This document shows, one piece after another, positions 1 to 9,635 of a stretch of 64,000 nucleotides of DNA. Both the position numbers and the translations under genes were made by a program. Numbering within the stretch: the first letter of the stretch is position 1; each line of letters opens with the position of its first letter. Origin of the DNA: an uncultured Actinomycetes bacterium (GTDB lineage: Bacteria > Actinomycetota > Actinomycetes > Streptosporangiales > Streptosporangiaceae); NCBI GenBank assembly GCA_963818225.1, contig CAWFRO010000003.1, positions 123,105 through 187,104 on the forward strand, given 5' to 3'. The notes under the pieces were generated by a model. The model worked only from the letters and a program-made list of their open reading frames with translations, was not told where the DNA came from and searched no databases.

Positions 1-167
1 TCGTGCAGCCACGCCGCGGCTTCCAGGAGATCGGCGTCAGCGCCGAGAACAAGTACCAGGCTTCGGGCCCGGGCGGCGACGCCCTGGACGTGCGCCCAGC
101 GGCGGGGGAGGGAATCCCGGAGGAGTGCCCGGGCGAGCTGTTCAGCCCATGGAGCCAGCGTGTTCAT
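1..167 (-). CDS. HD-domain protein, N-terminal part (partial, continues off the window)
   Basis: Minus-strand ATG at 167. Translation MNTLAPWAEQLARALLRDSLPRRWAHVQGVAARARSLVLVLGADADLLEAAAWLHD resembles the N-terminus of actinobacterial HD-domain proteins up to the first H-D motif. It is absent from the ORF track because there is no stop in the window. Confidence 0.5.
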   Translation of the reverse strand, partial: MNTLAPWAEQLARALLRDSLPRRWAHVQGVAARARSLVLVLGADADLLEAAAWLH

Positions 168-1213
168 GCGCCCAAGGCTAGACAGCCGACACGGGACGCT
201 CAGGGACGTGACAAGCCGTCTGAAGACGTCTTGTTGCAGCCTAGGCCCATTACCCGGCAAGGTTCCACGCCGATCGAGACAACCTCTGCTTTGATGCCGG
301 GCTCGCCCCTTCTCGTTTTGTCCGCCCGCCGTCTGCGGAGAGGGGTGAACATGGAACCGATGGTGGCGGAAGAGGCGCGGAGAAAGGCGGAACACAAACG
401 GCTGAGCGTCCGTTTTTCAGGGGTTCTGTCATCCTGAGAGCACTTATCCGGGAAACGCTCCAATAGCCCAGCTCACGCGCATCAACGCTGGTCACCGGCT
501 GTTCTCCGTGCCTTTAACACGCATAACAAGTGTACCGGAGTGTGCCGTTCCGTCCATGGGATTCCTGTGGGGCCGGCCGCTGTGTCGCGGACTTGTGGGG
601 TTTCTGTGGGGCTCGCAGAAGCCCTGACTTGCCTGACCGGACCGACACCGGGCACCCAACGTACTCCAGCTCCTGGATGCTGATGATCACTCCCTGAGTA
701 ACCTAGCGTTACCGGAGCGATCCAGCCGCCAGAGGTGATTTCGCGCCGATCGCCGAATATTTGCTCGCCGGTTGGACCTTCTTCGACCGTGCTTGGCTGC
801 TCATATCATTCGTTCTAGGATGCGTTCAGCTGTGATGACGCCGATCCGCGGGTGCATAGTATTGCGCGTGATGGAATGGCCGGCGGAGAGCGTGCTCCTG
901 GAGGGTGCGTCTTTTTTAGAGGCAGGTTATTTACGGTTGTTTCGGTCATGCGGCGAGGTTGAGGCGGTCGATGGTGTCCTCGTCGTAGCGGGCGAGGGAC
1001 CCTGCGGCGCTTTTTCCAATGCTTTCCGCACTGCTCTTAGCCGGATTATCCGCGGCGCCGATTGCCACGGCGTCGTTGTTCCTGCCTGCGTCCAGGCGAC
1101 CGTGGCGCGGAGGAGCACTGGAGGTGGATCGGCCGCCTGACGCAGGCTGTGGCTTTCACTGCGGTGGTTGCTTGACTCTTCGATGCGACCTGACTGACGC
1201 CGACGTGCACCGA

Positions 1214-2431
1214 TCAGCGCAGCGACCTGAACGCCGCTCGCATCTCCCTCGCAAAGAGTTCCGGTTGTTCCCAGGCGGCGAAGTGGCCGCCTTTCTCGAG
1301 TTCGTTGAAGTACACGAGGTTGGGGTAGGCGCGCTCGGCCCAGCTGCGCGGTAGGGGGATTATCTCTCGTGGGAACCTGCTCACGGCCGCAGGGATCGAG
1401 ACTTCGCCGCCGATCTTGGTTTTGTGGGCGCTGTCCTCCCAGTATATGCGGGCCGAGGACGCCGCTGTGTTCGTGAGCCAGTAAAGCGTGATGTCGTCGA
1501 GCATCTCGTCTTTCGTGAGGGCGCGCTCGGGTTCGCCGTCCGTGTCGGTCCATTCCGCGAACTTCTCGTAAAACCAAGCGGCCAAGCCGACCGGCGAGTC
1601 CGCGAGCGAGTAGCCGATGGTTTGCGGGCGCGTGCCCATGATCGCCCGAAAGCCCGAGCCGCTCGTGGCGAAGTTCTTGAATGCTTCATAGGCGATCGTT
1701 TCCTCGGCCGAGAGGCCCGGCGGTGCCGGTTCACCGTTCTTGAGCGCGTTCGCGACCTCGGGAGGCACGGTCGTTTGCATGTTCGGCGTTGGTGGCCGTT
1801 CGATCGCGCCGAGCAACGTGGTGACGTGGATACCCACGAGACCCGCCGGCGCGTGGCGGCCCATCACGTCCGTGACGACCGCACCCCAGTCGCCTCCCTG
1901 GGAGACGTAGCGCCCGTAGCCCACTCGCCTCATCAGCTCATCCCAAGCGCCGGCGATGCGTTCGGGATTCCAGCCTGTCGCCTGCGGCCTGGCTGAGAAG
2001 CCGAAACCGGGCATTGAGGGCACGACGAGATCGAACGCGTCCTCCGCGCGAGCTCCATGGGACTCGGGATCGCTTAGCGGCCCGATCACCTTCACGAACT
2101 CGAGGAACGAGCCCGGCCAGCCGTGGGTCATGATCAGCGGCAGCGCGTTCGCATGCGGCGAGCGGACGTGGATGAAATGGATATCGAGCCCGTCGATCTC
2201 CGTGATGAACTGGGGGAGCGCATTCAACTTGGCCTCGAGCTTGCGCCAGTCATAATCGGTGGCCCAGTAGTGGACGAGCTCCTGTACCTTTGCCAGCTGG
2301 GCGCCCTGGGTGCGATCGCTGACGGTCTCACGGTCGGGCCAGCGGGGCACCGCCACACGGCGGCGGAGCTCTTGGAGCGACTCCTCCGGGATGTCGATCC
2401 GGAAGGGGCGAATGCTGTCATTCGAAGACAT
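1214..2431 (-). CDS. Epoxide hydrolase (EHN N-terminal domain plus alpha/beta hydrolase fold)
   Basis: 405-aa ORF with N-terminal IRPFRIDIPEESLQELRRRV..RWPD, HGWPGS and the GGDWG Asp-nucleophile motif. SD aaggaga lies upstream of the ATG. Confidence 0.9.
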   Translation of the reverse strand: MSSNDSIRPFRIDIPEESLQELRRRVAVPRWPDRETVSDRTQGAQLAKVQELVHYWATDYDWRKLEAKLNALPQFITEIDGLDIHFIHVRSPHANALPLIMTHGWPGSFLEFVKVIGPLSDPESHGARAEDAFDLVVPSMPGFGFSARPQATGWNPERIAGAWDELMRRVGYGRYVSQGGDWGAVVTDVMGRHAPAGLVGIHVTTLLGAIERPPTPNMQTTVPPEVANALKNGEPAPPGLSAEETIAYEAFKNFATSGSGFRAIMGTRPQTIGYSLADSPVGLAAWFYEKFAEWTDTDGEPERALTKDEMLDDITLYWLTNTAASSARIYWEDSAHKTKIGGEVSIPAAVSRFPREIIPLPRSWAERAYPNLVYFNELEKGGHFAAWEQPELFAREMRAAFRSLR

Positions 2432-3120
2432 GTGGGTCTCCTTCTGTGCGAGGTGACCGGAGCCATACGCTGCATACGGCTGCCGTGCTGGTCACTGGAT
2501 AAGCGCCGCCCGCCCCTCCTGCTTCTCGCTGTCGTCGACGAGCTCGTTAAGCAAAGCGATGTGCGTCCAGCCGCCCCCACCTGGCCTGAGAAGCACCGTC
2601 GTGATCAGCGCCGTCCCGCCAGCACCGACACGCGCGGCGTGGGCGGTGAGGAGATCTAGCAGCGTCAGCAGGTGGATCTCAATCTCGTCGCGCCGGACAG
2701 GAATCGTCGTCCCGTCTCCGACGCTTCGAGGCAGACCGCGCCACAGGCACGGCCGCTGGTGATGGTCGTGTGAGCGTCAGCCGTCCCCAAGGCTTTAACT
2801 CGCGGTTAACCTATTTTTCCTATTAATTTACCGTCTTATCCTGCGACCACACTTGCCTTCTCTCGGTGAACATGTTGCGCTCGGATTACACAGCGCCGGA
2901 TGCTGCGCCGCACGGTGCTGAATCGGGGTGCTGCGGATGCGTTCAGGGGCCAGGGCTGGGTTCGGCACCCCAGGCGCGATCCGACGGGGTTGCCACGAGA
3001 CGGTTCGCCGCGGCCGGGGTTGCCGATCTTCGGCCCTACTGCCCGGCCCACAGGGCCCCGGCTTCGTCTACAACGGCCTGCTCCGCATCGACCACCAAAC
3101 CCCATGGAGAGGGAGCCCAC

Positions 3121-4348
3121 ATGTCTGCCACGACCGAAAACTCACCAGGCGCCACGGCGGTCCGGCCGTTCACGATCCCGGTCACCTCCGATGCCGAGCT
3201 GGAGGCGCTGCGTGCGCGTGTCGCGGCCACCCGCTGGCCCGACCGGGAGCTCGTCCCCGACCATTCGCAGGGCGTGCAGCTGGCGGTCATCACCGAACTC
3301 GCGCGCTACTGGGCGACCGAGTACGACTGGCGCCGGTGCGAGGCGAAACTGAACGCGCCTACCGCACTTCATCACCGAGATCGACGGGCTGGACATCCAC
3401 TTCATCCACGTCCGCTCGGAACACGCCAACGCGCTGCCGGTCATCATCACCCACGGGTGGCCCGGCTCGATCATCGAGCTGCTGGCGGTCATCGACCCGC
3501 TCACCAATCCCACCGCCCACGGCGGCAGCGCAGCAGACGCCTTCGACGTGGTGATCCCGTCGATTCCGGGCCACGGGTACTCCGGCAAGCCCCGGGAGAC
3601 CGGCTGGGGCCCGGACCGCATCGCCCGGGCCTGGACCGAACTGATGAAGCGCCTGGGCTACACCCGGTTCGTGGCCCAAGGCGGCGACTGGGGCGCGATC
3701 ATCACCGACGTGATGGCCGTCCAGGCCTCCCCGGAACTGCTCGGCATGCACACCAACATGGCCGGCGTCGTCCCGGCCGAGGTCTCCATCGCGCTCGCGC
3801 GCAACATCCTGGGGGCCGGCGGCCCGCCGCCATCGGGCCTGTCCGCCGACGAGCAGAGCACGTACGAGCAGCTGAACTTCTTCTACACCCATGGCATCGG
3901 CTACGGGATCGAAATGATCACCCAGCCGCAGACGCTCTACGGGATCGCGGACTCCCCCGTGGGGCTGGCCGCCTGGATGATCAACCACGACGCGGCCAGC
4001 TACGCCGACATCGCCGACGCCGCCGCCGGGCACCCCGTCGGCAACCTGACCCGGGACGAAGTCCTGGACAACATCACGCTCTACTGGCTGACGAACACCG
4101 CGATTTCCTCGGCCCGGCTGTACTGGGAGAACACGTTCGACTTCTTCGGCGTCAAGGGCGTCACCATCCCCGCCGCCGTCAGTGTCTTCCCCAAGGAGAT
4201 CTACAAGGCCCCGCGCAGCTGGGCCGAGCGGGCCTACGCCAACCTCATCTACTTCAACGAGGTCGACCGGGGCTGCCACTTCGCCGCCTGGCAGGAACCG
4301 GCCCTGTTCAGCAGCGAGCTCCGCGCGGCGTTCCGGTCACTGCGCTGA
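3121..4348 (+). pseudogene. Epoxide hydrolase paralog, interrupted by a 1-nt insertion near 3358
   Basis: ATG at 3121 is preceded by ggagagggag. Frame 1 reads MSATTENSPGATAVRPFTIPVTSDAELEALRARVAATRWPD...EAKLNA, then LPHFITEIDGLDIHFIHVRSEHANALPVIITHGWPGS continues in frame 2 to the stop at 4348. There is an extra c in gcg-c-cta. The gene is otherwise intact, including GGDWG. Confidence 0.8.
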
Positions 4349-4455
4349 CCCAGACACCGGCGGGCGGCGCGCGCCAGTTACGCGCCGCCCCGTACCCGCC
4401 AAGCACCGGCCCGGGCCCCCGGGCCGGGGCATCGAGCTACAGGGAGGGCAATGTT

Positions 4456-5475
4456 ATGGCAGCGTTCTGGCGCGCGCCCGCCGGGCTGCACGTGGCCTCG
4501 GCCCGGCTGCCCGATGAGGGTGAGCTGGCTTCTTTCGACGGCGCGACCGGGTGGCTCAATTCGGAGCCGCTGACACCGGCAGGCCTGCACGGGAAGGTGG
4601 TCCTGGTCGACTTCTGGACCTATACCTGCATCAACTGGCTACGGCAGCTTCCCTATGTCCGCGCCTGGGCCGAGAAGTACTCCGGCCACGGGCTCGTGGT
4701 GATCGGCGTGCACACGCCCGAGTTCTCGTTCGAGCGCAACGCCGATAACGTCCGCCGGGCCGTGCAGGACATGCGGATCGATTACCCGGTCGCGACCGAC
4801 AACGACTACGCGGTGTGGGATGCCTTCGGCAACCACTACTGGCCCGCGCTCTACTTCGCCGACGCCCAGGGGCGAATCCGGCACCACCACTTCGGCGAGG
4901 GCGAATACGGCCAGTCGGAAATGGTCATCCAGCAGCTGCTGGCCGAGGCCGGATCCACCGGCGCGGGTACTGAAATGGTCTCGGTCGACCCCAGCGGCCT
5001 GGAAGTCGCAGCCGACTGGGCCAGCTTGAGATCACCAGAAAATTACACCGGCTATGAACGCACCGAGGGCTTCGCCTCCCCCGGCGGCCCGGTGCCAGGC
5101 AAGCCGCACGTCTATACCGTCCCGGCGCGGCTGGGGCTCAACCAGTGGGCCCTGTCCGGGGACTGGAGCATGGACGAAGAGGCCACCACGCTGAACGCGG
5201 CAGGCGGGCAAATCGCCTGCCGCTTCCACGCCCGCGACCTCAACCTCGTCATGGGACCGGCAGCGCCAGGAACTTCCCTCCGGTTCCGCGTCGGCATCGA
5301 CGGGCAGCCACCGGGCGAGGCGCACGGAACCGACACCGACGCCGACGGCAACGGCACCCTCCCGCAGCAGCGGGTTTACCAGCTCATCCGCCAGCCCGGC
5401 CCCATCACCGACCGCACCTTCGAGATCACCTTCCTCGATCCAGGGGCTCAGGCCTACTGCTTCACCTTCGGCTAG
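4456..5475 (+). CDS. Thioredoxin-fold/redoxin protein with DipZ-C-terminal-like domain
   Basis: This is the C-terminal part of the composite 869-aa track ORF. ATG at 4456 follows SD agggaggg. Motif VVLVDFWTYTCINWLRQLPYVRAW is typical of redoxin/DipZ-like proteins. Confidence 0.8.
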   Translation: MAAFWRAPAGLHVASARLPDEGELASFDGATGWLNSEPLTPAGLHGKVVLVDFWTYTCINWLRQLPYVRAWAEKYSGHGLVVIGVHTPEFSFERNADNVRRAVQDMRIDYPVATDNDYAVWDAFGNHYWPALYFADAQGRIRHHHFGEGEYGQSEMVIQQLLAEAGSTGAGTEMVSVDPSGLEVAADWASLRSPENYTGYERTEGFASPGGPVPGKPHVYTVPARLGLNQWALSGDWSMDEEATTLNAAGGQIACRFHARDLNLVMGPAAPGTSLRFRVGIDGQPPGEAHGTDTDADGNGTLPQQRVYQLIRQPGPITDRTFEITFLDPGAQAYCFTFG

Positions 5476-5817
5476 ACCGAAGTTGCTTCGGGCTAGACGA
5501 GAGCCAAACATGCCAACTGCGCCAGGTCGCCCGGGGACAGCGCAGCTTACCGTGGCAAGCTCTCGGGCAAAGCACGCCCACGAGACCCTGCCGGTCCGGC
5601 GGGAAGCACGCCAGGCCTTTGCCGAAGCTGTCGTCAAAACCGACGGTCTGACTGGCGCGGTGTCAACCTTGTGCCACGCTCCTATCTATCAGCGTCACAG
5701 GAGGGACTGCTGCTCGTTCCCGGTACACCCGCCGTTGACAAATCCGTGGAGCAAAGGCTGTCGGGTCAAGACGGCTACGCGCGGCACAGGGCATGCTGCC
5801 GTGGGAGCCACGCTGAT

Positions 5818-6006
5818 CTACGAGTCCGTGCGAGTGGCCCGGCTTGCGCCGGGCGGACCTCCCCAAGGCAGAGCCCGGAGCGGGAGCCGGGCCAGCGGCG
5901 CCGCAGCGCCGCGCTTGATCCAATACGGCTCAAATTCGGCAGCGTCAGACGCGCGCACAGGCGTGCGTAACGGGTACGCGTCACGCATGTGACGGAATCG
6001 AGCCAT
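5818..6006 (-). CDS. Small hypothetical protein (62 aa) divergent from the DUF2637 gene
   Basis: ATG at 6006 with SD aaggag 7 nt upstream (MARFRHMRDAYPLRTPVRASDAAEFEPYWIKRG...). I recognise no family, and the composition becomes non-protein-like toward the C-terminus. Confidence 0.25.
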   Translation of the reverse strand: MARFRHMRDAYPLRTPVRASDAAEFEPYWIKRGAAAPLARLPLRALPWGGPPGASRATRTDS

Positions 6007-6170
6007 AGACCTTCTCCTTACCATAGGGTTCCGATCGGCGCTCTGGCCAGGGATTTCGGTGAAAGGCCAGATCAGAGGCTCTGCTTCAGCTCAGTTGGGA
6101 CAGGTTCAGGGCGGTTCGCGCTGAATGCGACCTCCCAAATTCCTCCCAACTAGCCAGGGAGGAGGAGCCC

Positions 6171-7352
6171 ATGTCCGACCCCGGTTTCACCCGGCCCGAT
6201 CTCTGTTCGATACGCACTGCCGGCGAGCAGGACGAGCTTGCCGAAGCAATCCGCGGCGGGTTCACCGCCGACAGTTACCTAGTAGACAGCGATGACCCGC
6301 CAGCACCCCTGACGAGCAGCATCGACCGCGCCATCCGCCTCTCCACCGCGGCGGCCGTGCTCGCCGTGGCGGGCATCGCGGCGTACATCTCCTACTGGCA
6401 CGCCTACGCTGCCGTCCAGGCACACGGCGAGACCGGGATCACCGCCCGGCTCGAGCCCGCCACGATCGACGGCCTCGTCTACGCCAGTTCGATGGTGGTG
6501 CTGTACGCGGCACGGCACCAAGTGCCGGTACCCACCCTCGCCCGGTGGCTGCTCGGGCTAGGAATCGCAGCTACCCTCACGGCGAACATGGCCCAGGGCT
6601 GGTCACACGGTCCCGCCGGAGCGGTGGTCGCTGCCTGGCCGGCGGTCAGTCTCGTAGGCTCGTATGAGCTCCTCGTCTGGCTGATCCGGACCTCCGGAGC
6701 AGCAGAGCGCGGGCCCTCGGCAGATCATCCCTGCAATCGTGTGGCATGCCGTGCTGCGATTCGTTCCCTTCCGATTTCGGCGGTCGACGGCGATGGCCGC
6801 GGCAGGAACGAACACTACGCGCCGGACGCGACGCGGCGGCCCGCAGGTCACGCCACCAGGCTGCCGGCTATCCCGAGCAACGAGCAGGCTCACGATGAGG
6901 TACCTCAGGCCAGCGCCATTAATGACGCGGCGGTGGCCGCGTACACGCTCAGCGTGCAGGCCGGCAATCCGCTTTCGGAACGCCGACTGGCTCAGATGTT
7001 CGGACGCACATCCCGCCGCTGGGCGCGAGCGAGAATCGCTGACGCACGAAAAACATCATTGGTCCAAGGCTCGTCGGGCGCCGCGGTTACCGCTCAACCG
7101 GAGGTGCTGGCGAGCGAAACTTGGAGCCATGACCCGCCGCTTTTCAGCCGGTCTATCGTTCTCCGGCCACACCGATTCAGTAACTGCCGAGCAGCCCGCT
7201 TTACCTGCGAAAACGCCAGGAAGAGCAGGCATGCCATGGCGCCGGAAGCACCCGCTCGGGCCAAGATCCCCACAAAAACCCCACAACCGGCCCGCGCCGG
7301 GGGCAGGCGTCCCACAAGGCCGCCGGCGGTGGCCCGCGATCGCGCCGCGTAG
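6171..7352 (+). CDS. DUF2637-type membrane protein of integrative/conjugative elements (3' end uncertain)
   Basis: Strong SD ggaggagg before the ATG. TM-rich core AAAVLAVAGIAAYISYWHAYAAVQAHG...LEPATIDGLVYASSMVVLY...ANMAQGW is typical of DUF2637. The tail after about aa 300 looks like non-coding read-through. Confidence 0.6.
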   Translation: MSDPGFTRPDLCSIRTAGEQDELAEAIRGGFTADSYLVDSDDPPAPLTSSIDRAIRLSTAAAVLAVAGIAAYISYWHAYAAVQAHGETGITARLEPATIDGLVYASSMVVLYAARHQVPVPTLARWLLGLGIAATLTANMAQGWSHGPAGAVVAAWPAVSLVGSYELLVWLIRTSGAAERGPSADHPCNRVACRAAIRSLPISAVDGDGRGRNEHYAPDATRRPAGHATRLPAIPSNEQAHDEVPQASAINDAAVAAYTLSVQAGNPLSERRLAQMFGRTSRRWARARIADARKTSLVQGSSGAAVTAQPEVLASETWSHDPPLFSRSIVLRPHRFSNCRAARFTCENARKSRHAMAPEAPARAKIPTKTPQPARAGGRRPTRPPAVARDRAA

Positions 7353-7410
7353 CGGGCCCGGCGCCCAACTGCGTGGGGACGCCCGCGCAGCCAATCGCGG
7401 CGACGGCCGT

Positions 7411-8930
7411 GTGGTGGAGTTGGAGTGCGGGGTGACGGTGTATCCGGCGCGGGAGCCGGGGGGTCGGTGGCGGGCGGTCTGGTATGAGAACGGGGCGCGG
7501 CGGCAGTGTGAGGCGGCGTCCGAGGACCGGCTGGCGGCCAGGCTGGAGAAGGTCATCGAGCGGCTGATGGCTGACGCGCCGAACCTGGAGCGGCCCGGCG
7601 CGGACCTGATCGCCTGGTACCTCTCCCCGGCCCGGCACCCGGCGGGCAGGCCGTGGTCTCCTAAGCACGCCGATACCCAGCGGCGGCTGTGCGAGCGGTT
7701 CATCGCCCCGGTCATCGCCGGGATCACCTGCCAGGACATCAAGGCCGCCGACATGCAGCGGGCGGTCAACGCCGCTCCCACCGCGGGCGAGGGCGCCCGG
7801 CTGCACCGGTGCCTATCGGCCATGATCACCGCCGGGTACCTGACCAACCCGCGGCTGCGCCAGGTGCACTGGCAGGCCACCGGCCGGCCCGCGCCCGGCC
7901 CGCCCGTCAGCATGTGGTTTGGGCGGCTCCATTTGGGACCGGTGTGACGGCTTGCTGTGGCCCCACCTCAATGTCGGCTGACGCCCCGAAGTGGCCCCAC
8001 CCGGGGGCTTCCTCAGCGCTCAATGATGGCAGGCGCTCCCCGCAGGTCAAGGTCGTACGTCCTCGCTTCGCTCCGGGCGCTCCACCTTGACCTGCGGCTC
8101 GTCGCCCCCAAGACCGGCGCCAGTCGAGGAAGCCAGAACTGCAGGAACGCCGCCTGGCCGTCTCGAGGCGGGGCCAGACCGAGCCGACATCGAAGGTGTC
8201 CGATTCGGGGTGGGGCCGCGGCAGGCCGTCATGGTGGAGCCAGCTCAAAGCGCCCTAACCAAGCATGCAAGGCGAGGCCGCCCAGTTCGTCGACCCCACC
8301 GAGATCCCCGCCGCCGCTGACGTCGCCCGGCTCGGCCGCGCCCTGGCCGCCGGGCAGCGCGGGGACCTGCACGAGCTGATGGCCTGCACCGCGGCCTACA
8401 CCGGGCTGCGGCAAGGCGAGCTGTTCGCCCTGACCACCGGCCAGATCGACCCGGCCGCCCGCGTCATCGACGTGGACCGCAAGGTAATCGAGGTCAGCGG
8501 CACACTGCTCACCGGCGCACCCAAGGGCCGCAAGCCCATCTACCCCACCCGCACTCCGCAGTCCTACCCGCTGGCCGACAAGATCACGGCCCGCATCCAG
8601 GCCGCCCGAGCCGAGCAGAACGCCGGCACCAACCCGCTGGGACTGATGTTCCCCTCCCCCCGCGGCACCTACTGGCGGTCCTCCAACTTCGACCGCCGCG
8701 TCCTGGCCCCCGCCTACCTCGCAGCCGGCTGGCGCGACCCCGGCGGCAACGGCGCGTGGACCTGGCACAGCCTGCGGCACGTGCAGTGCACCACCGCCCT
8801 GTTCACCTGGAAACTCGACCCCACCGACGTCTCGGCCATGGCCGGGCACGCCAACGTCCGCACCACCCTGGACATGTACATCGGCACCACCGCCGGCATC
8901 CTCGACCGCGCCCGCACAGCCACCCAATGA
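7411..8930 (+). pseudogene. Tyrosine recombinase (phage/AICE-type integrase) split by a 353-bp insertion
   Basis: The N-terminal part (VELECGVTVYPAREPGGRWRAVWYENG...RQVHWQATGRPAPGPPVS) ends in frame 1 at 7914. The catalytic part (GEAAQFVDPTEIP...YTGLRQGELFAL...HSLRH...GHANVRTTLDMY) resumes in frame 3 at 8265. Removing 7915-8267 restores one 388-aa ORF. Confidence 0.8.
7915..8261. mobile_element. MITE-like non-autonomous element (347 bp) inserted in the integrase gene
   Basis: Flanked by direct repeats AGCATG (7909-7914 and 8262-8267). Termini are TGGTTTGGGCG... and ...CGCCCTAACCA (reverse complement TGGTTAGGGCG). Inverted-repeat similarity extends about 70 nt (GCTCCA, GACGGCYTGC, GGCCCCACC, ATGTCGGCT). 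A central perfect 14-bp hairpin pairs 8040-8053 with 8084-8097. There is no plausible ORF. Confidence 0.6.
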
Positions 8931-9093
8931 CCCAACCACGCAAATCAGCTAGTCCAACAACAAGCCCGGCCGCCACCGCCCCGCCACTTCAGCCCACCCG
9001 TAGTGCATCATCTCGACGCCGAACATAGCTCGTCTCCTTGTCGGCGCGGGTTCGCCTGATTATGGTGACCGTCTGTTGGTGACACCTGCCAGA

Positions 9094-9204
9094 TCAACTA
9101 AATCTACAGAGGATAAGCAGAATCGCCCCCAGCACAAAGAAGATCGCCTGAAATATAAGGGCAACAATGACGACGGCAACGACTATCGCAGCGATTTCCA
9201 TCAT
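9094..9204 (-). CDS. 36-aa hydrophobic peptide ORF in a low-GC patch (candidate small membrane protein or toxin-like peptide)
   Basis: MMEIAAIVVAVVIVALIFQAIFFVLGAILLILCRFS. Hand count gives 51/111 G+C (46%) in a roughly 70% GC genome. It is too short for the ORF track and I recognise no family. Confidence 0.25.
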   Translation of the reverse strand: MMEIAAIVVAVVIVALIFQAIFFVLGAILLILCRFS

Positions 9205-9512
9205 GCCCCTATCGTGATTCGTCTATCTGCCTGCAGAGTTAGGGCCCCGTTCGTCAGGACCCCGTTCCGCCGGTCGCGATGGCCCGCCATGAGTTTGGCT
9301 ATGCCGACCGCGGCCAGGACGCCCACCACCCTCTTGCCGCCGATGCCGCTGGTGACCGTGAACCCGTCGCGGTGCAGCCGCCCGGCGATACGCCGGGCAG
9401 TGCGGTGCTCGGCGGGGGAGAGCCCGGTATGGCGGTTCGGGTCCTGGTAGAAGGCCTCCTGGTCGGCCCGCAGGCCCTCGTACGTGGCCAGGATCTCATC
9501 GATGCCGCTCAT
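9201..9512 (-). pseudogene. N-terminal stub of an M20-family amidohydrolase
   Basis: 103 aa: ...LHRDGFTVTSGIGGKRVVGVL...LTLQAD matches the start of M20/hippurate-hydrolase-type enzymes (normally about 400 aa). It ends exactly where the low-GC patch begins. Confidence 0.5.
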
Positions 9513-9635
9513 TACCGCTCGGCTCCTTGGCCGCCGGAAAAGATCTCCGGGGCGTGGGTCTGGCCGCGCGCGGTCGTGCCCATCTGCGGGTAGCTGAGGG
9601 TGTTGTTACTCATGGTCCTGCTCCCAGGGCGTTTC

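Noticed and set aside
946-1131. Open frame downstream of the first epoxide hydrolase ending ...SLARYDEDTIDRLNLAA
   Set aside because: Its composition is protein-like, but there is no canonical start with an SD and I recognise no family. It is possibly a gene remnant and is not callable.
2495-2760. Minus-strand open frame ...EIEIHLLTLLDLLTAHAARVGAGGTALITTVLLRPGGGGWTHIALLNELVDD between the two epoxide-hydrolase genes
   Set aside because: It looks like a C-terminal fragment of some regulator, but it lacks a start codon and I cannot name the family.
2866-5475. 869-aa ORF in the track that looks like one giant protein
   Set aside because: It is a composite: non-coding read-through, the first 79 codons of the frameshifted epoxide hydrolase, an out-of-frame passage through that gene, then the genuine redoxin gene from the ATG at 4456, which has its own SD.
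7130-7410. Possible excisionase (xis) between the DUF2637 gene and the integrase (MTRRFSAGLSFSGHTDSVTAEQ...)
   Set aside because: There is only a vague TAEQ-type resemblance to Xis/MerR HTH proteins. No single frame gives a convincing HTH, so I cannot support it.
5476-9300. att sites or a duplicated tRNA-His 3' end delimiting a 5.5-38.4 kb island
   Set aside because: I found no copy of the tRNA-His 3' segment (ggactcgaaccccc...) or convincing direct repeats by eye. A computational search would be needed.
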